DNA of 58,940 nucleotides, the filler included, from Sphacelaria rigidula (taxonomy: Eukaryota): the NCBI GenBank assembly GCA_964200075.2. It is 4 parts of 4 records of this genome, joined end to end, with 100 filler letters (N's around TTAATTAATTAA, not from the genome) between each part and the next. Parts side by side here need not be neighbours in the genome. Positions count along the whole stretch, not along the records: positions 29,523 to 44,181 come from CAXNAA020002114.1; positions 44,282 to 58,940 come from CAXNAA020002115.1; 2 more parts are not named here. One strand, given 5' to 3'. A model generated the notes under the pieces. It worked only from the letters and a program-made list of their open reading frames with translations. It ran no database searches and was not told the origin of the DNA. The translations under genes and the position numbers were made by a program. Of this stretch, positions 36,263 through 48,848 are shown piece by piece. Positions within the stretch are counted from its first letter, which is position 1, and every line of letters starts with the position of its first letter.

Positions 36263-36799
36263 AAACTCTGCTCTAGTGCACTGTGAGTTGATATCGCTAG
36301 AAGGATAGTACCATAACCATCTTCCCGGCTGCCAGACTGTCAGGACATAGGATCCGCTAGCATTGCTACTGTATATACGGGGGTGTTGCCCCCTTGTCAG
36401 GTACGTTTCGGAGCATGATACTTGATAAAGATCATCCTTCCTTGTACATAGGCACTAAACGCTGGGGGCTCTCACTTAAGCCTTCGATTTGGAGGATGAT
36501 ACTCGGTTGGCAGCGGCAACTGCTGTGTGTCCAGGTGCCCCTTGGAGCAGAATGCGTTTGGTGTCTACTTGACGGAGTTATACCCAAAAACCCAAAATCA
36601 AAAAGAATTTTGGAGTGCAAAAGTCTAGCTAGGGAGATATCGCAAGAATCGGGTGGCAGAAATCAAGTCGCAGAAATCAGGTCGCAAAAACGGGGTAGCA
36701 AAAAACCGGTTAGTCGAATTTTTACCCGCAGCAGAAACCAAATTCACTTTGTGAAATTGGAACTGGAACTTGGCTACCATGTATATGTATATACTCTAG

Positions 36800-36985
36800 C
36801 TCGTCTCCTCTTTCAGTTTTCTGCCTCTCTGCTTTTTTCGTCGCTTTTCAGTTTATACCGTTTGCCTGTTTCACCCACCGCTTTTCTTCTTGAGAGAGCG
36901 TTCCCGTTTTGTTCACCTCAGGTACGTCCATCTTGTGACCACGGCGGGGTCCCTCGGGAATCAGATCATGTGCGACACTCAAAAT
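36800..36985 (+). repeat. Retroelement 3-prime end motif with pyrimidine tract
   Basis: CTTGTGACCACGGCGGGGTCCCTCGGGAATCAGATCATGTGCGAC. Confidence 0.7.
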
Positions 36986-37119
36986 AATTAGTAATTGTGA
37001 GATATCCCAGACAGACATCCACATCCTAAATGGATATCACGGTGGACATCCCAGATCCCTATCGGTGTCCCCGATGAGCTTCCATCTGCGATATATATAT
37101 GTACATATTGTCGAACTCT

Positions 37120-37265
37120 GCATCCCTTCCCCTCTTCGGGACGAGTCCGTGGTCTGAAGAGATCAGCTCATCTCTCCCTGGTACACCCCTTGCATTTTGA
37201 TCTCGCGCATCGAGTCAGAATTCCCGCACTCTGTCAACTTGCGCCAAACAAACTCTGTCGACTAG
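37120..37265 (+). repeat. Interspersed repeat shared with 47765-47905
   Basis: CGAGTCCGTGGTCTxAAG...CTCTCCCxGGTACACxCCTTGCATTTTG...ATTCCCGCAC is present in contigs 3 and 4. Confidence 0.7.
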
Positions 37266-38039
37266 TTTTTCGTGGATATCCAACATGAACATCCGTATCC
37301 CCGATGAATATTCCACAGGAATGGATCTGATATCCGACGTGGATACCAATCTGGGAAGTGATATCTCAGAGGGACGTCCACCTGTGGTATCCACATCCGA
37401 GGTGGAAGTTGCAGGATAATGTGAGGCTACCGCAAGGAGGGCCTCTCGAACACTTTCTCGTGACAGGCACTAGAAGAGTAGATTCCACCCTGTTCTTTTG
37501 CAATGGGGTAATTTTGGACGAACGCGGTTTTGGCGGATAAATTTACAAACTGTATCATGGCGAACAGAATCTGTGAAATATCAGGAAACGCCGCCGATGT
37601 TTACGCCCGAATATGTGCGCTTTGGGGTAAAATTTTGACTTCCGGCGTGTATTTTCCCTCGAAGACTACGCGCATCTCTACTGCGCCGTGACCACGACAC
37701 TTCTTAAACAAATACACGGTCAGGGTGGTGAGATGCAGGCATCACAGGCGCGGTATGTGAAGCGCTACGTGGCGCGTAAAGAGGGTGAGCATTTCCCACA
37801 ACAGTGTTTCCGCTAGTTCTGCCCTGCCTGGGGTTGGAGCAGACCTGAGCACGAATATCCGCTGTGTGCTAATGTGCGCTTAGAAAATGCGTCTTCCTGG
37901 CAAATTCTTCTCTCCCTTAATCTCCGGAAACGTTCGCGTACCCGCGTACACGTAACAATTCTAAAATGACCACCAGATTCATTTTTCGGTTTACCTCTTT
38001 GTCTTCTTCGTTCCAGTATGTTCCGTGTGATGGCCTATC

Positions 38040-38250
38040 ATGTGACCACGGCTGGATCCCTGGGGGGGCAGTTGAAGTACGATAATCGATCAGTCAAATC
38101 AAACATAATTTTTTCTTTTTTTTCGCTTTCCCCATACTCACAGGTTTTTTCCGGCGAGTGTTTTCGGTCACTTGCCTTGAGCATGTCTACCTTGTGACCA
38201 CAGCTGGCTCCGTGGCAGGTCAGTTAATGTGCGACAATCAATCCGTCCAT
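38040..38250 (+). repeat. Two tandem retroelement 3-prime end motifs
   Basis: TGTGACCACGGCTGGATCCCTGGGGGGGCAGTTGAAGTACGATAATC at 38041 and CTTGTGACCACAGCTGGCTCC...CAGTTAATGTGCGACAATCAATC at 38191. Confidence 0.75.
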
Positions 38251-38399
38251 CAGACAAACCTAGCACATGCACTGCTCAGGGTTGCTTGAGCACTTGTAGG
38301 CAGTGAACCCCTGTAAAGTTCCGCGCTTCGGGAAAACAACGCCAGCGGTGTCCAAAGTACCAAAACACGAAGCATCCACTGGTGAACGGAACAACGGGG

Positions 38400-40110
38400 T
38401 GTGTCTCCTCCTGTGCGTCTTCTTCGAAACTACCAGCCTATCGACCATGCAATTGCTCCATACTTCGAGCTACTTTCGTGCAAGTCGCAGATCAAGGGCA
38501 ATGGACTTCATCTGTCGAGATTGTCTGCTACTGCCAGCCCCTAGTCTCCCGCACGTGCCCATGTTTCCCACGCACAACCTTGGGCATACAGGCGCGGAGA
38601 GCTGTGTGCTTCTCTTGTAGTCCACAATAGCTCTATCGTCCATTGCAGCACCCCGCTGCCCCTTCTTCTACATATATCCAACATGCGCAATTTTCGATGT
38701 CGTAATGTCGCCCACCTAATCTTGAGTGTCAGATCTCGCGTCGTCCTCGCGGCGTGCTACGATAGGTGCAGCAGGGATATAGACGGACGATGACACAGGG
38801 ATGGGGGAGATGGTCGCGTGGGAGAATGGGGGAGAGCCGAGGGAAAACACATTACTGCACTGTACAATATAGCCATGAGAAGTTGCACGTTGTGTAAATT
38901 TGGTTGCATGCTCTGGTGTGACAAAAGAGATGTCATGATGCGCGTGCAGTTACTCTGACAATATTGAAGACACATGCGACCCAACCCGAAACAGTGGATG
39001 CGGGGTCGCTCGATCTTGTGGTCTGCATGTACTGCAGCATCGGACATACCCGACTCAAACCGGTTGAGGAAATGGACTAGCCACCTGTGGGATTCGTCGA
39101 AGGCTGAAAGTGTCGAATATTGAGGAACGTGAATCATTTCAGCCCCGTGATTCGAGTGTGTTTGCCCGGGGAGGGCCGGTGGCACCGCCGTCAAAGCCAG
39201 TTAAAGGCGAACACACTCGGTGACCCAATTTAAGGACAAGCCAGTGGGAACGGGATAGCTGCATCCGACATCGGACACGTGCCGTCGATCGAACTTTCGC
39301 CAACAAACCAAAATGTTAAGGTTCAAGTGCCCTCTGAAACCACGGAAATATGACTGCCAGGTTTCCTGCATCTTCTCTCTACACGGGGCTACTCGGAATC
39401 GAGTTTACCAGTTATGTTGTGGCTGTGCTCACCTCGATCGAGCATCAGATTCTCTATTTACGGCGGAACTACATTTGGTTAGTAAGGCTTAGAGATACCG
39501 AGTGTTATGCAGAGGAAAACTTATGCCCTGTGTGGGGCCCGTCCCTGAAATTGGTATGTCATACGTCAGGCCACCGACCGGGCTGAAACTGTCCTGCACG
39601 TTAAACTGATCCGGAACGGCAAGGTATGCCTGGTCGTCTCTACTCTGATGGTGCGTCGCCTTTCGTTGGACCCTTGTATGCAGTAGTGTGGAAATGTAAT
39701 AGGCACACCTTGACGCATGTGCATGGATAACCGTTTCGCTGAAGCCTGTACCCTACAGTGGCGAAGACCCATAAGGTATACGCTACTCCGGCCACGGTCC
39801 CGATATTTGTTCATATCATCATTGACGAGCGGTGGGAAATATATGCGCTTGACAAGAGTAGAACTACAACGAAACAATCCAGAGAGGATGGTTTGTTGAT
39901 GTCAGGTAGCACAAGGTCAGCCCTACTGGGCATACTAGTAGCCACTGTTCCTCTGCAACTTTCAACTTTGATACCAAGTTGAAGCGGTCAATTTGTACCA
40001 CACAGAGGAAGGAGGAATATGTTTTGCAGACATGCACATCACGGACCAGTGATGACTTTTTTAAACAGACATGCACCGAGGATCCGAGCAGTTCGCACCC
40101 AGCACGCCTC
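38400..40110 (-). pseudogene. Possible highly decayed hAT-like transposase remnant
   Basis: Weak ordered resemblances: LPFRIS (LPF..V-like), SGMSDAA...IHCFG..MCLQ (SNM.AA / C.AH.LqL-like), LDL...WSNCMVDRLV (D..TRWNS..M..R-like). Not diagnostic. Confidence 0.25.
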
Positions 40111-40861
40111 ACTCACGAGTGCGACAGCCGTGGCATGACTCACAGCCATCACGAGCGTAGCGCACCGCCGATGCCACGACCCGAAGGCACCGTGACATTG
40201 TTCAGGCACATGGTTTTGTGCTTCCATCTTCTAGCCTGAACGTCCACTGGACAACAGTTCGAGGCAACGCAGCTACAGGCGCCGACACACGCCGCACAAC
40301 ACCACGGTAGAGACCCGTGTGTGGAGGGAAACTTTTGTAGCAATACTCTTGTGGGGCGTGCAGGGTATACTGCTGCGCTTGCTCTGGTATCGTACGTATG
40401 CGAGCCACAGTGCAACGCGATTGACACACCAACGACTGACTCAAAGACAATGCGCTATCCGGAACATGTGTGATCACGGAGAGAAAAACGCACATGCGTG
40501 AGACTCAAACAGGTTTGCCCCCGGCTACAGTGATACGTTTGCACGGCAGAATCGTTAGCGCAGTGGCCCGAGGGTAAGTCACAAGCCAAGTCACAACTCA
40601 GCGTGGCGAGTGATGTGGGCAAGGTGCTCGTGAGGGGCACTGTGCTGCTCTATGTGCACATTTTCGCGGCCTCCCCTTCCGCACCGTGATGCACGCCATG
40701 TCGAATATGCATTGGGGTTTGGCTTAGACAACTCTAACACAAAACGTCACAGCTAGAGCTGATCATACGAAATAGCTAACTGCTTGTATATACATCGTCA
40801 ACATTCATGTCCACAACTACGCACCCACCTTTGTTTCTGATGCTGTTGGTGAGCACTCTTG

Positions 40862-42313
40862 CTAGAAATGCGGATATCCGTTGTCAACGCACCACTGTGC
40901 CACCTCTGGTTGTCCGCCCGTATTCGCTGCTTCGAGTACGTTTTTGCCCCACGGACAGCCATTGGCTCTGCACCATTTGAGCACGTCAAGACGCCCTCCC
41001 CACGCGGCGGACAAACACCTAATCTCATCCCACGGACAGCCATTGGCTCTGCACCACTTGAGAACCTCAAGATGTCCCCCCTCCGCAGCGCTGTAACACG
41101 TGTGCTCATCCCAGGGACAGCCGTTGGTTCTGCACCACTTGACCACTTCCAGATGCCCGTCGGCCGCAGCGTAATGGCACGTTTGCTCATCCTAGGAACA
41201 GCCGTTGGCTCTGCACCACTTGAGTACCTCTAAACGCCCGTTTTGGGCAGCGAAGGAACACGTACGCTCATCCCAGGGGCAGCCGCTAGCTCTGCACCAC
41301 TTGAGCACTTCTAGACGCCCCCCCAAGGCAGCGTAGCAACACGCTTTCTCATTCCAGGGACAACCGTTTGCCCTCAACCATTGGAGCACCTTTAGACGCC
41401 CTTCAAGCGCAGCTTGGGCACAGCTTCGCTTACTCCAGCTACAGCCGTTGGCTCTACACCATTTCAGTACCTCCAAATGCCCCCCAACGGCAGCAGCAGC
41501 GCACGTGCCCGCATTCCAGGGACAGCCGTTGGCTCTGCACCACTTGAGCATTTCTAGATGCCCTTTCGCGGCAGCGGAGTAGCACGTTTCCTCATCCCAG
41601 GGACAGCCGTTTGCCCTTAACCATTGGAGCACATCAATCTGCCCCCCCTGGGCAGCGTAGGAACACGTGTCCTCATCCCAGGGACAGCCGTTCGCCCTCA
41701 GCCATTGTAAAACCTCTAAATGTCCTCCCCTGGCAGCGCAACTGCATGCACGCTTATCCCAGGGACAGCCGTTGGCCCTGCACCATTTGAGAATTTCGAG
41801 ATACCCCTCCGAGGCAGCGAAATCGCACGTTGTCTCATCCCAGGGACAACCGTGAGCTCTACACCACTGCAGCACCGCTAAATGCCCGTTCTTAGCAGCG
41901 GAGGAACACGTTTCCTCATTCCAAGGACAACCACGACTTCGAGCAAACCGAAGTGTCTCCAACCTGCCTTCTAAGGCCGCTAGGCAGCATACCCTCTCGT
42001 CCCAGGGACATCCGCTATCCCTCGCCCACGCCAGGCATGTTGCCGACTGCACCGCGACGGGCAGGTCGGTCTCCTTAGGCCGACTCCCCCACGCCGTGTT
42101 CCAGAGCTTGGAAGCCCCAGCCACGAACGGGTAACCCTCCCCAGTGATGAAGGGGATCAAGTGTTGAAGCACGTCCGAGTGGTTTGTGAGAGGATTTCGA
42201 TCTATGCTGGTATCGTTACTTTTGCTATCCCTTGCGCTACCTGGTGCTGCATGTTCAGCATCAACGCGTCCCAGAATACCATATCGTTGTATTTTGCTCC
42301 GTGCTTGAATCAT
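40862..42313 (-). CDS. Intronless F-box-like + GCPW ankyrin-like repeat protein (14 x 25-aa repeats) with one in-frame TAG; possible recent pseudogene
   Basis: Repeat consensus GCPWDE.TC..AA..G.LEVLKWCRAN (75 bp). The N-terminal DVLQHLIPFITGEGYPFVAGASKLWNTAW is F-box-like. TAG at 41192-41194 replaces the W codon of repeat 11 and the frame continues to the stop at 40862. First ATG is at 42313; the ORF-track start at 42334 is TTG. Confidence 0.88.
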
Positions 42314-43390
42314 TGAGCTCTCCCTCCTGTGCAACGGACGCGTTGTAGTTGTACCTTTTGTTGGCTATTCGCGCGGGACCACTGTCCCGGCTGAGATGAA
42401 TTGAGGCATACTTAATGAACCGCACCTTTCCCGGAGTACTGGAATTTTTCGCTCACGAACTCACGCCTGGGGACACGCCAGCAGAGGGCCGCGGCGGATG
42501 CAGCACACAGTATCACAAAGTCTGGCGAAGAGGTACGTATGTTACACAACCAATGTGTGTTTTCTTTCGGCCATATGCGGAAGGGACACCTGCTATTGGA
42601 TGAAAACTCGCCGCATCTGACGGTCCCGCGCCGAGTCGGGAATAACGAAGAGCACGCACAAGGTGCTCCTGCGGTGTCGATGACGAATTACAACAGCAGT
42701 GTGCATAGCTAGGGCATCGCATGGCCTCTGTTTGTACCACCTTACACTTGGAGCCATGCAGCGTGGTACTTCAAAATGTTTTTTTTAGGGTGGTGTTTCT
42801 GCTCTCAGCATCGTGGAGTGACAACAACACGGTCGCAGTCGGGTAGTAGAAACAGCAACAGCAGCAACAACCGAATCGTTTTTGACCCACTGTTAACTCT
42901 CCAATATTGCCATACACACACCACCACTGTAGAAAGCGCAATCACAGCTGAACTACTTCTGCGCTGTCGTGCATTGTCACGGGACACACGACAACCACGG
43001 GCGTCGAAGCATCCACGCATTTGTGCAAGACACACCGCAAATTCGGAACAGGATTTTTCGAAGAGGCGGACAGGTCGACGGACCATCGCAGTGGATCACG
43101 CTGTGCTGTATCTTCACAACAACCTGCTTCTGAGATGATCAGCTGCTTGTTTCGACTAGAGAAGCGGCAACCGGCTGCTGCTGTGGTGTTCGAGAAAAGA
43201 AAGTGCGATGATGTCCTCGCATGCTCACGCATGCAGATACGAATGGTACACAGGCGCAACAGTCAACATTCCGTGGTGACGGAGTATCCGACCCGTTGCA
43301 TGACCCACCGTACTCGGTTTCCTTGCAAGTGAAAGATCAGAGGGTTCAGGCTGATTCAGACTCATCACCCAAAAACACGCATCGGCAAAA

Positions 43391-43665
43391 CCTCACGCCG
43401 TTTTAAGGAGTTAGACCCTGAAATCATACACAGATGTTCTGTGTGGAACTACGCAACTTTCGAGGGTCGAGTATTTCCGCTTTTTTGCTTTTTTCACCGT
43501 TTTCCGGGGGTCTCAATTTTTTCCGGGAAACACCGGTCCACTCGGACCCCCGTAAAACAGTAAAGAAAACAAAACTTAGGAAACCTCGTTCGTCCAAAGT
43601 TGCGTAATGATCCATAGCACAGTTGTGCGAAATTTCAGGGTCTAACTCCTTGAAACGGCGTAAGG
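43391..43665. mobile_element. Foldback MITE-like inverted repeat
   Basis: CCTCACGCCGTTTTAAGGAGTTAGACCCTGAAAT...ACGCAACTTT versus AAAGTTGCGT...ATTTCAGGGTCTAACTCCTTGAAACGGCGTAAGG; a further right-arm copy lies at ~43990-44062. Confidence 0.8.
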
Positions 43666-44181
43666 TCTTTAGCTTTTGTGCGATGAACTTTGACGTGCCG
43701 CGGTGAAACCTATAACTACTTGATTTTAGTACCAAAACGGCATTTTTGGACCTTCTTTGACGTGAACATGAAAATTCAAGCATCACTTGATCAAGTTTTA
43801 CGACGAAATTTTGTGGGGCCCTCCCTTGGGTTGTGCGGCGACAGCTCCTTCACGAAAAAATGAAAAAAAAAAGTCGAAGTGCCGGTTTTCCGGGTCCCAG
43901 AATGGAGACTACTTCGAAAATCGACTTGGATCCCGTCGGACCCCCGAAAAACGGTGAAAAACTCGAGAAGTAATAAAACATGGTTTAGAGAAAGTTGCGT
44001 GATGATACATAGCATTTTTGTGCAAAATTTCAGGATCTAACTTCTAGCAACGGCGTGAAGGTTTCACGGTTGGGACAAATCATCACGACTCAAAATCACC
44101 AAATTCACGATTTAACAACAAATTGTGAGAATTGAGGTTTAACTTCGAGATGAGGCTCAAGCCTAAAACAGTGCTTTCCCC

Positions 44182-44281
44182 NNNNNNNNNNNNNNNNNNN
44201 NNNNNNNNNNNNNNNNNNNNNNNNNTTAATTAATTAANNNNNNNNNNNNNNNNNNNNNNNNNNNNNNNNNNNNNNNNNNNN
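44182..44281. other. Artificial contig spacer (N44-TTAATTAATTAA-N44)
   Basis: Same 100-nt structure; linker at 44226-44237. Confidence 0.97.
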
Positions 44282-44399
44282 TCCCTCAACAGCATTTAGA
44301 CGCTGCAGTACTAGCAGACCTGCTAGCGTCACAAGCCCCAGTCACGGGCGACGGCTGCGAAGGCCCAGCCCCATTGCAACGATCCGGTGACGGCCGGGT

Positions 44400-44960
44400 G
44401 GCTAGCTCCGTGCATTGCAGTTTTGGTGGTGTTTGGGTTACTATACTGCGGTTTGCAGCCAAGCTTGGAGAGAGCGGCGATGGAAATACCGGGAAAATTC
44501 TGCTCCCGACGGGTGAGCGAATCCAAGGTGGGGGCGCAAATTCCCCCTTCCCACGAGGATATGGTGCATGGTGGGGATAAGGTACATGGTACTCGCCCCG
44601 GGGGAGTGATCAAATTCAATTTCCTCAGCGATGGAGCGAGTGGTCAGCTGGAAAATGGTGGGTTGGACGACGAAGATCCAATCCAAGATGATATGGTGAT
44701 CAAAGACGATGTGAACAACTTCGTGTGGTTGGAGCCCGCGGAGTCTAGTGTGGATGCGAAGAAGGTGGAGCATTTTCTGACATGGTTCGAAGCAAACGCG
44801 ATGGGGTCGCCGGAGGTAGGGGTCGGCGATACGGGATGGCATGTGAGGAATTGTGCGGTGAGAGCGTTTAATAAGGCGCTGATGGATCGTAGATTTCGGA
44901 TGGTCAATTCGCCGTTGTCCCATCGTAAATGTAAACGAATGATGCGTGATATTGCTCATA
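44400..44960 (+). pseudogene. Ty3/Gypsy integrase remnant
   Basis: C..C-like FCSRRVSESKVGAQIP, then HGTRPGGVIKFNFL and VIKDDVNNFVWLEPAES...VEHFLTWF, typical of the rve core start; catalytic region eroded. Confidence 0.7.
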
Positions 44961-45499
44961 TGATGTCAGGTCAGGGGCTTAATGAGGATGGTGTGGTGCC
45001 CTCGAGAGCTGTTGCTATGAAGGACTGTATGGTTGTTCCCGTTCCACCTCTCGTTTCACCTGATCAAGCGACTGAATCAGGAGAAATCGTCGATGCGCAA
45101 GCCTCTGTGGAGGCAGAGTATTTGTTGAATTAGTTTGGCAGTAAGGATATGCTGTTTGGTGGCATGCTGAGATGCACCATGGGGTGCTAGATGTGGCTAC
45201 TAGGAGCTACCGTACGAGAGGAATCATTGCTCTATGATGTGCAGAAGGCAGTGGTTTCAGTGCTGCTACTTCGCAGGAGCGGACTGGAAGCCTACAAAGC
45301 CGGGATCACCTGAGATGAGTGATATAGTGGTGAGCGCCAGATTGAATATTGTTGAGGACCAAGTACTCGTGAGGCTGCTTGTTGAGCATGAGAACACACA
45401 TGATGGCGGGTATTTAAGAATCGTTTTCTGACGATTAAAGGTTGTTATGGTGTGCTTTTAGGGTCATATTTGTGATGCTGTTCGCGCATGAAGCATGAC

Positions 45500-47020
45500 A
45501 GTAGAGCGGGTGTGCTCGTGTTGCGTTCGCTGGAAAATGCCGGTGTACGCATGGAATTTGGTATGCGTGTGTTGTGCTGCTCTAAGTAGCATCCATGGCG
45601 CATGGTTTGTGCAACACGGGTTGCATTGCAGGTCTTTAGTCAAATATTGGCATGCACGTACGAATTTTCGTATCCTGAGTGAATGGGAATGTATGTACGA
45701 ATTTTTGTTTGCTGAGTGGGATCTTGGTAGGATTTTTGCTCGAATGCTACTGATGTGCATGGTGTCTGATGACCGTCAGGGTGAGGCAGTTAACAAAATA
45801 CTGCTGAATGATGAATGGAATGAAGCTCGTATAACCGTGTCCGCGCAGGAACACGGTGGAATTATCTTGTGCGGTTCTTCCATACACTGCCTGTAGGAGG
45901 TGGTAATTGCTGCTGTTAGCATGAAAATGAGAAAAACTACGAAATGCATAGGGTCATTGTCTGTGAGCAGAGATTACACGAGTTTTCGTGTGTTTGAGGA
46001 TCAAAGAAATTGTGCACGTATGAAAAACTGATCCTTGCCCGTGGCACGTTTTCGGCGATACTATTCAAGGTGTGCGCCAGGTGAGGTTGTTTAATTTGAT
46101 TTTTGTAAGTCGGAAGTAGCAAACGTGACGGTACTAACTGCTTGATGGTTTGCTGTACGTTTGTTATCCCGGATGATTCGTCGAATTTGTTTTGGTTGGA
46201 ACCAACCGAGGCTTGCACTGCCGAGGTCACGGCTAAGTATTTGTTGCAATGGTGCAAGACTTTGGGGGTGCGGCGTGTGTGGGTTAGTGATACCGCCACG
46301 CACTTCAAGAACCAAGTACAAGAATCACGCAGCAGAGCGGCGCGCTGGAGGTGCAACACCCATTCGATGTTGCGTATACCCATTGGTCGAATGGTTCTGA
46401 AGCAATGGTCATGTTATTGTTTTGGTCGATAGAGATGAGTTCGGTGCTGAAGAAAGTACGTAGAATTCTCTTCGGAAGATAAATTTTTCTGCGCCTGAAT
46501 TTGTTGCGCAGGAATTGCGTAAACTGAGGTTGACTCGGGCGCTGATCCACTTGTACAAGTGGATCAGCGTCGGAGTATGGCATTTCTTTGTAATTTGGAG
46601 CATGCGGTTTCGCCTTGTTTTTTTGTTGGTTGTCAAGCTCGTTCGTTTGTCTTGAACTCGCTTTGGGAGTGCTGTTGCCAAAATATACCAAGACGTAGTA
46701 GATGTGGCATGTAGGATCCTGGATGATCACCAGGGGACAAGGGCATCCTGTGGATGATGACCCTTGCTGTGTAGTCCATGCCTGACGGTACGAGCTGCAG
46801 CTGGTTACTCCATGAATAATGCAAAGCTCTGAGAAGGCTCATTGAGCTGCGAGGCCAGATACTGCTGGAGGAGACCCTCGCTGGAAGTCCTTTTGTCCAG
46901 ATCGTCTGGCAGAGGCTATAGCTCGGTCGTAAGTGTTTCGCGTGATCCCTGCGAAAAGAAATGCCACTCCAACCTCATTTTTGAGATGGACCCCATTTTA
47001 TAGGATCCGGTGTTGAAGGT
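45500..47020 (-). pseudogene. Decayed LINE reverse transcriptase remnant, interrupted by an integrase fragment
   Basis: Minus strand LPDDL...LLQQYL (YADD-like, ~46915-46855) followed by RNRMLQI...PTLIHLYKWI (post-RT tl..lYk.. motif, ~46615-46555). Confidence 0.4.
46150..46400 (+). pseudogene. Ty3/Gypsy integrase core fragment
   Basis: DDSSNLFWLEPTEACTAEVTAKYLLQWCKTLGVRRVWVSDTATHFKNQV contains the SD...HF.N integrase motif; homologous to the fragment at ~44695-44790. Confidence 0.8.
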
Positions 47021-48848
47021 CATGACAAAAGACCACTTTTCGAGTGCCCTTTCGTCATAACCTGTGGTCCAACGTAATGACCGGTTCGAAACTCATTGAT
47101 CTGTAGTATTCAGCAGCGAAGACTCTCTTTGAGGAGTGGAGGATGGCGATGAGTAAGCTAAGACTGGCAGCACGTAGGGATGGAAGCGCAAAAGTCTCCA
47201 CGTCCAGGCCGGAATACACGCAAAAGTTGAATAGCAAACCAGGGTATATTTTGTATTTCGTGGTCGCAGATGACCGTGTGTTATTTCTGTTTTTAAATCT
47301 GTGATGAAACGACGCACGTTGGCATATATTCGCTCTTTCACTTCGCGGTGTCGTGAGGATCATAAGTCAAGACTATTTTCACTACGCAAATTGCATTCGG
47401 GGATTGGTGTTTGGCAGTTTCGCATTAAGCGTCCCATCGTAAAAAAAGTCGCTTCATCATTTTTTCCCCATTCAACTGACTAGCCGTCGACCTCCAGGCT
47501 ATGATCGAAATACAAAAAAATGCAGAACAATGCGGTACCAACGAAGCAGGCGGGACAAAAAACAATGTAATGGTGTAAACGTCTTCGCTATACGATCACT
47601 TTACTGGAATTGGTATACACTATCGCCGGTAACGGCAAAACTTCAATAAACTGGATAAATGGCGCCCTCCTCGCCAGCTCCAGTTTTACTCCAGTTCCAG
47701 TTTAAACGGCGATATTAACTGGGTCGGTTCACAGTCCTACGTTGTTTCTTTTCTCATTTTCAAGGCCTTCCCTTCCTCGGGGCGAGTCCGTGGTCTCAAG
47801 GGAGCGATCCACCTCTCCCCCGGTACACACCTTGCATTTTGGCATCGCGGATTGGACCATGACCAACATTCCCGCACCGCGTCTACTGTCGTCAAACAGA
47901 CTCCTTTCGCTACTCATATCCCCACTCTTTCAACGACGGAAATCAGATGCCTCTGAAGAAAAAGCGTAACTAGACGCATCCACCGGGAATCAAGCCCTCA
48001 CTTTTTACGCCCCAATGGTGTCAATTATACCATTAGATAATCGGGGCGCGGCGATCCCTGCGCCCACAAAACATGAACAATACAACTTTTTACGACAGAC
48101 AAGGGTAAGGGCGCAGTTTCCCGATTGGCCCAAACAAACTCTGGATTGGCCGAAACAAGCCCACTGACCGGCTGATTTTCCTTGCTGGGCAGCCGGCGTC
48201 ATCCGCCGCCCTTTGGAGTGGAGGGGCTCTTGTACATGGACGACCTCACGCGGTGGGTTTGCTTCTCTTCTATATTTTTCCGGAAAGTGAATAACCGAAG
48301 CGTGACTTCACCGAACTACGTATGAAGAAGGGACAGAAAACAGTTCCACAGCTGGGTGCCGTGCAGCAATAGCAGTCCATGTACTCATGGATACAGAAGA
48401 CCCCCTCCCCACGCACCCCGAGATTGCGGCACGTGGGGGCAACTTGCCGCTTAGAATCAGTCGGTAATTTTTTAACGGGCCGTGGGAGGGGCAGGAATAA
48501 TAGCAATTATAATCACGAGCACTTGTAATTTCCTCATCACGAATACCAGGGGTTCCAGTCCACGCTGTTGGCCCTGGGTGTGTACTGTAGTGCCCAGGGG
48601 ACACGAACGAAATACCCCATGTCTTGTCCCCTGTCTCTCTATTGTTGACTTTTGTGGTCAATAGAGCGATAGTCGTTGAAATCATCGCGTTTGAAAAGCG
48701 TACATGCAGCACCCCGCCGCGTGACACAAGGCAGTGATCATTAGGAGGTAGAAACTTAGTTCCACAAGCCTACGATTGCCCACCCCGCCAGCTCATCGCC
48801 TACGCTCAACGGCGGAGTGCAAGATCCAAGTGCTGCAAACAGCCCCAT

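Noticed and set aside
18570-42313. Functional cluster of DUF179, methyltransferase, Fanzor-like and ankyrin genes
   Set aside because: The genes lie on different, artificially joined contigs.
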